Assembly: GCF_963921235.1 (NCBI RefSeq)
Contig: NC_086097.1
Location: 205,842,001-205,906,000, forward strand
Source of the DNA: Mobula hypostoma
Taxonomy: Eukaryota
DNA length: 64,000 nucleotides
Reading direction: 5' to 3'
Both the position numbers and the translations under genes were made by a program. How positions within the stretch are numbered: position 1 is the first letter of the stretch; every line of letters starts with the position of its first letter. Below, one piece after another: positions 60,721 to 64,000 of the stretch. The notes beneath the pieces were generated by a model. It ran no database searches, was not told where the DNA came from, and worked only from the letters and a program-made list of their open reading frames with translations.

Positions 60721-61641
60721 TTAGCAAGTTTGTTCAATTCTGCTAATTTGACATTGATATTGATGCACTGAGTGAGATGTGACATACAGGAGGTGACAGT
60801 GAGTACACCTTCTTTTGGAAAGGCAAACATGAAGCAGGATATTTGAATGTTGAGCAGTGTGCATGAATTCACCCCCAAGAATAAGTTAATGTGGTGTCTT
60901 GATAATATCTCCTCATATGGGATAAGCAAATGTCTCAAAATGCCTTGACTTACACTGATATGTGACACATTCAGCAATTTAAATACCCAACTCTGGAAGA
61001 AGGATTTGTACTCTGACCTTGAAAAAAAAACATGCTCCAAAGGAAGAAACTAATAAACCTTTAGGAAGACTTTGATGTCAGGACTGGAAAGAAAACAAAC
61101 CTCTAGAAAAATAAGATTGCCAAAAATAAGCAAAAGTTAAGCTCAATGGATTCTGTTTTTTTTAAAAACATTGTTTTGCGACCTGGTATTACTGGTGAAG
61201 CCAACTACCCATGAGTAGATATCAGCCTTCATCTTCATTCAGATGAAGGTATTCCCATGGTGTGATTGAGGAAATAGCATTGGGATTTGGAGTGAATGGT
61301 AATAAAGGAAGAGTGATTTATTTCCAAGTCTGTATACTGTGCAACTTGAAGAGAACCCTTCAGGTGACAAAGATCTCATTTGCCTGCTCTGATAAAGATT
61401 TGCTGTTAAATCAACCTAAATGAGTAACCGCAAAGCATCCTGTATCATTGTGTGATGGTTGTGGAGGGAATGAACGTTAAGGTAAGATGAAAACTGCGTA
61501 CATGTCCACCAGGCCTGTACACATCCATCGTGCGTTCATCCAGGCAAAGGGTAGTGGATGTCAGAAGGTGAGTCACTCACTGCGGTGTAAACGTAAATTT
61601 GTCAGATCAAATAACCACAGCACAAAGAGATCATTACTTAC

Positions 61642-61778
61642 CTTTTCACCAGTTTATTTCTTCTATCTCAGCCGGCGAGTGAACTTGGTCCCGACATCAG
61701 GGGAGAAGCGTTCTCATCCCTCCGGCGGTTCAACAAGTTCACTGCCCACCATCAGAATTGTTACAAGTTATAAGGCCA
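61642..61778 (-). other. Candidate 137-nt non-coding exon
   Basis: Minus-strand acceptor ctgattgttcttttgtatcAG and donor AAG|GTAAGT; stops in all three frames; locally CpG-rich. Confidence 0.35.
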
Positions 61779-62164
61779 CTGATACAAAAGAACAATCAGT
61801 TTGATAGATATCCTAGCTACCCAAATAGAGCAAAACTTAATAAAAGACCCCAATGAAATTTAAATTTTAATTGATAAAGGAATGTCCTGTCTTTAGCTCC
61901 ATCAGCAACCGCCTTTTGTCGAAACCAAAAGGTGTGAAAAGTCAGGAGACGTCTTTTGTGGAGAACTCAACAACTTTATCAGCAGGATACCCAACATCTG
62001 ACTTGCTCTTATAGACTCAGAATTTATGTGCCTAGTCTGGATGGCTTTTCGTGCTTTCTGCTAACAAATGTTGATATTCATATTTGTAATAACCAACCAT
62101 CCTGTATCATCAGAGGGGTCTCATGGAACTGCCTTCTGTTTGGTTCCTTAAGTTTGTTATATCC

Positions 62165-62687
62165 TGGGGGGATGGGGGGTGGGAGGAGGGGTTTTGGGGA
62201 TAAGCTCCTACTGCCTATTGAATGCTCCCAGTGTGGCATGCATCTCAAATAGCCTCTGACAACCAAGTCCAGCTCCTGGCCTTCACGTGTAGCTTAGCCC
62301 AATGGAACCATTTTTACCGACAGGAGAAGGGCGAAGGTGGGTTACTGATGCCTTACAACTGGTAGCTTCTGACAAAGGGGGCTTGACAGCTATGGTTAGC
62401 AGCTCATCTAAGAGAAGAAAATCTCTGATTTCAAACCTCTGCTGCCTTAAGCCTATACCCACTCACGGGGAAGGCTTCAGAAGTAAACCCTGAGAAAAAA
62501 ATCCTACATCGAGCGCAACATTGGCAACACCTGCAATGCTAAACTGTATTGGTCTCTGCTGTTTCTCTGGAATTATCAATTACATGGAGAGGGGGAGACT
62601 GCTGCATGGTCAACAGCTCGCTCTCCATATCATGTGGACAACTAGGATGCAAAATTACTGGTCAATTTCGTCCAATGGAGGGCCTCA
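62165..62687 (+). mobile_element. RTE-related non-autonomous element (5' UTR plus short 3' end)
   Basis: RTE-type 5' UTR motifs (agctcatctaagagaagaaaatctctgatttcaaacc; gtaaaccctgag...aaatcc); no ORF; boundaries approximate. Confidence 0.6.
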
Positions 62688-63408
62688 GCTTCTGTTAGAT
62701 TATGAGAGTACCCAAGCGAACAACTGCAGAAAAGTCCACAACATCCATATTATGACGTGCCCTACAAGAAACAATAGAATTAATTCAATGAGAATGACCA
62801 GGAGATCCAATAAGATGACCAACTACAGTTTTCAGCAATGGAATTTCCATAATCCTCAGTGAAGCAAAATATGGTTCTCAGACCCCATGAAGGCTAAGGT
62901 CCAATAAAACCATATGACTTCAAAGATCCGAAAATTGTAAGCAACTTTAATAACGGAGGTATATCTGATTGTGATGATTAAAGGTGGTCTGTCTGCAAGG
63001 ATACTTCTTAAACCACTTTCTAGGTTGAAGGTTTGATCCCTGAAAACAGGAAGCAGCATCAACCACTATGTATAGGCTTGTTCAACCTATCAATCGGGAA
63101 TAACTGGAGAGAAACCTCCTTAAATTTCGTCACCTTCACAATTCCATCTTAACTCTGTTTGCTACTAGATGGCACACATGCAAAGATTCCAACAAATGAA
63201 TCCACCACAGATGCAATCCCAGAGCAGACTGGGATCAGGCAAGGTCGTCATTCCTCAAAGTCAAGATCAAGTTGATTGTCACGTGCATGGGTACATGCAT
63301 GCACGGTTGCAACAAAAACTTACTTGCAGCACCATAACAAGCATATGGCATCATGAATTGCAGTTGTAAGAAAAACTAATTAAAAAAACAAATTTTACAC
63401 AATTTTTT

Positions 63409-63750
63409 TGCTGCCTGACCCACTGAGTTTCTCCAGCTGTTTGAATTTTCTTTTGAGATCATAATTCCTGCTTCCTCATCTGTGAACCATTTTGTTTTTT
63501 TACACTATACATTATCATCTGCTTCAAAATTGACTATTATCTTTCTATTTCACCTGTTAGTTTCTAATCCCTCAAAGAATTTCCCTTTCATGGATTTACA
63601 TCCTCTCTTCCTTTCCCTACCTGGTTGTATCAACTTAAAACATGTTACCTCTTTAACTACTTCTATTTCTGATGAAGGGTCCATGACCTAACATTCTTCC
63701 TCTCTCACTAATGCTACCCATTGAGCTGAATTTTTCCTGAAGTTACTGCA
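63409..63750 (+). mobile_element. Old Penelope terminal-repeat remnant
   Basis: gctgcctgacccactgagtttctccagc, pyrimidine-rich tract, and degenerate hammerhead ctgatgaagggtc at ~63669. Confidence 0.5.
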
Positions 63751-64000
63751 TTTCTTAAAGTAAAAGTCGCAATTTCTCCTGCAATAACAATGTTTTCTCG
63801 TACTTTTCTTACCAAGTACCAAATGATGACCTTAGCACAACTAAGACATCAGAGATAATCCAGTAACCAGGAAAAAAAAGATGACAATAAACTCCAATTT
63901 ATGGGCGAGTGTGTGTTCCTGAGTTAACAGCATTATCTGTTAATTGCCTGTGAAATAAATATGGCTTTTTCATACCAGCAAGAAAAAACAGAAAGAAGAA

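Overview
Eukaryotic, repeat-saturated, non-genic (intronic or intergenic) vertebrate DNA. The repeat set (CR1 LINEs with TATGTTC tails, HE1/V-SINE-like elements, Neptune-type Penelope elements, Rex1/Babar, RTE, Hero) suggests a cartilaginous fish such as a ray; this is inference. Every long ORF is explained by a transposable element and no host protein-coding gene is supported. The main structure is a ~1.6 kb IR/DR-type Tc1 transposon (13565-25272) expanded to 11.7 kb by four nested insertions, each with a readable target-site duplication (TSD): an RTE-like SINE that contains a full-length CsRn1-type Gypsy element, a 5'-inverted RTE LINE, and a Penelope element. Other highlights: a minimal hammerhead ribozyme motif in the Penelope terminus, with an intact core inside a 214-bp palindromic TSD-flanked mini-element (one of four such insertions); a two-segment templated inverted duplication; a full-length CR1 inserted antisense into a sibling CR1; a Hero-clade element; and a candidate minus-strand non-coding exon. 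Boundaries backed by TSDs, LTRs or TIRs were read base by base; boundaries of degraded fragments are approximate. Family names come from motif recognition, not database searches.
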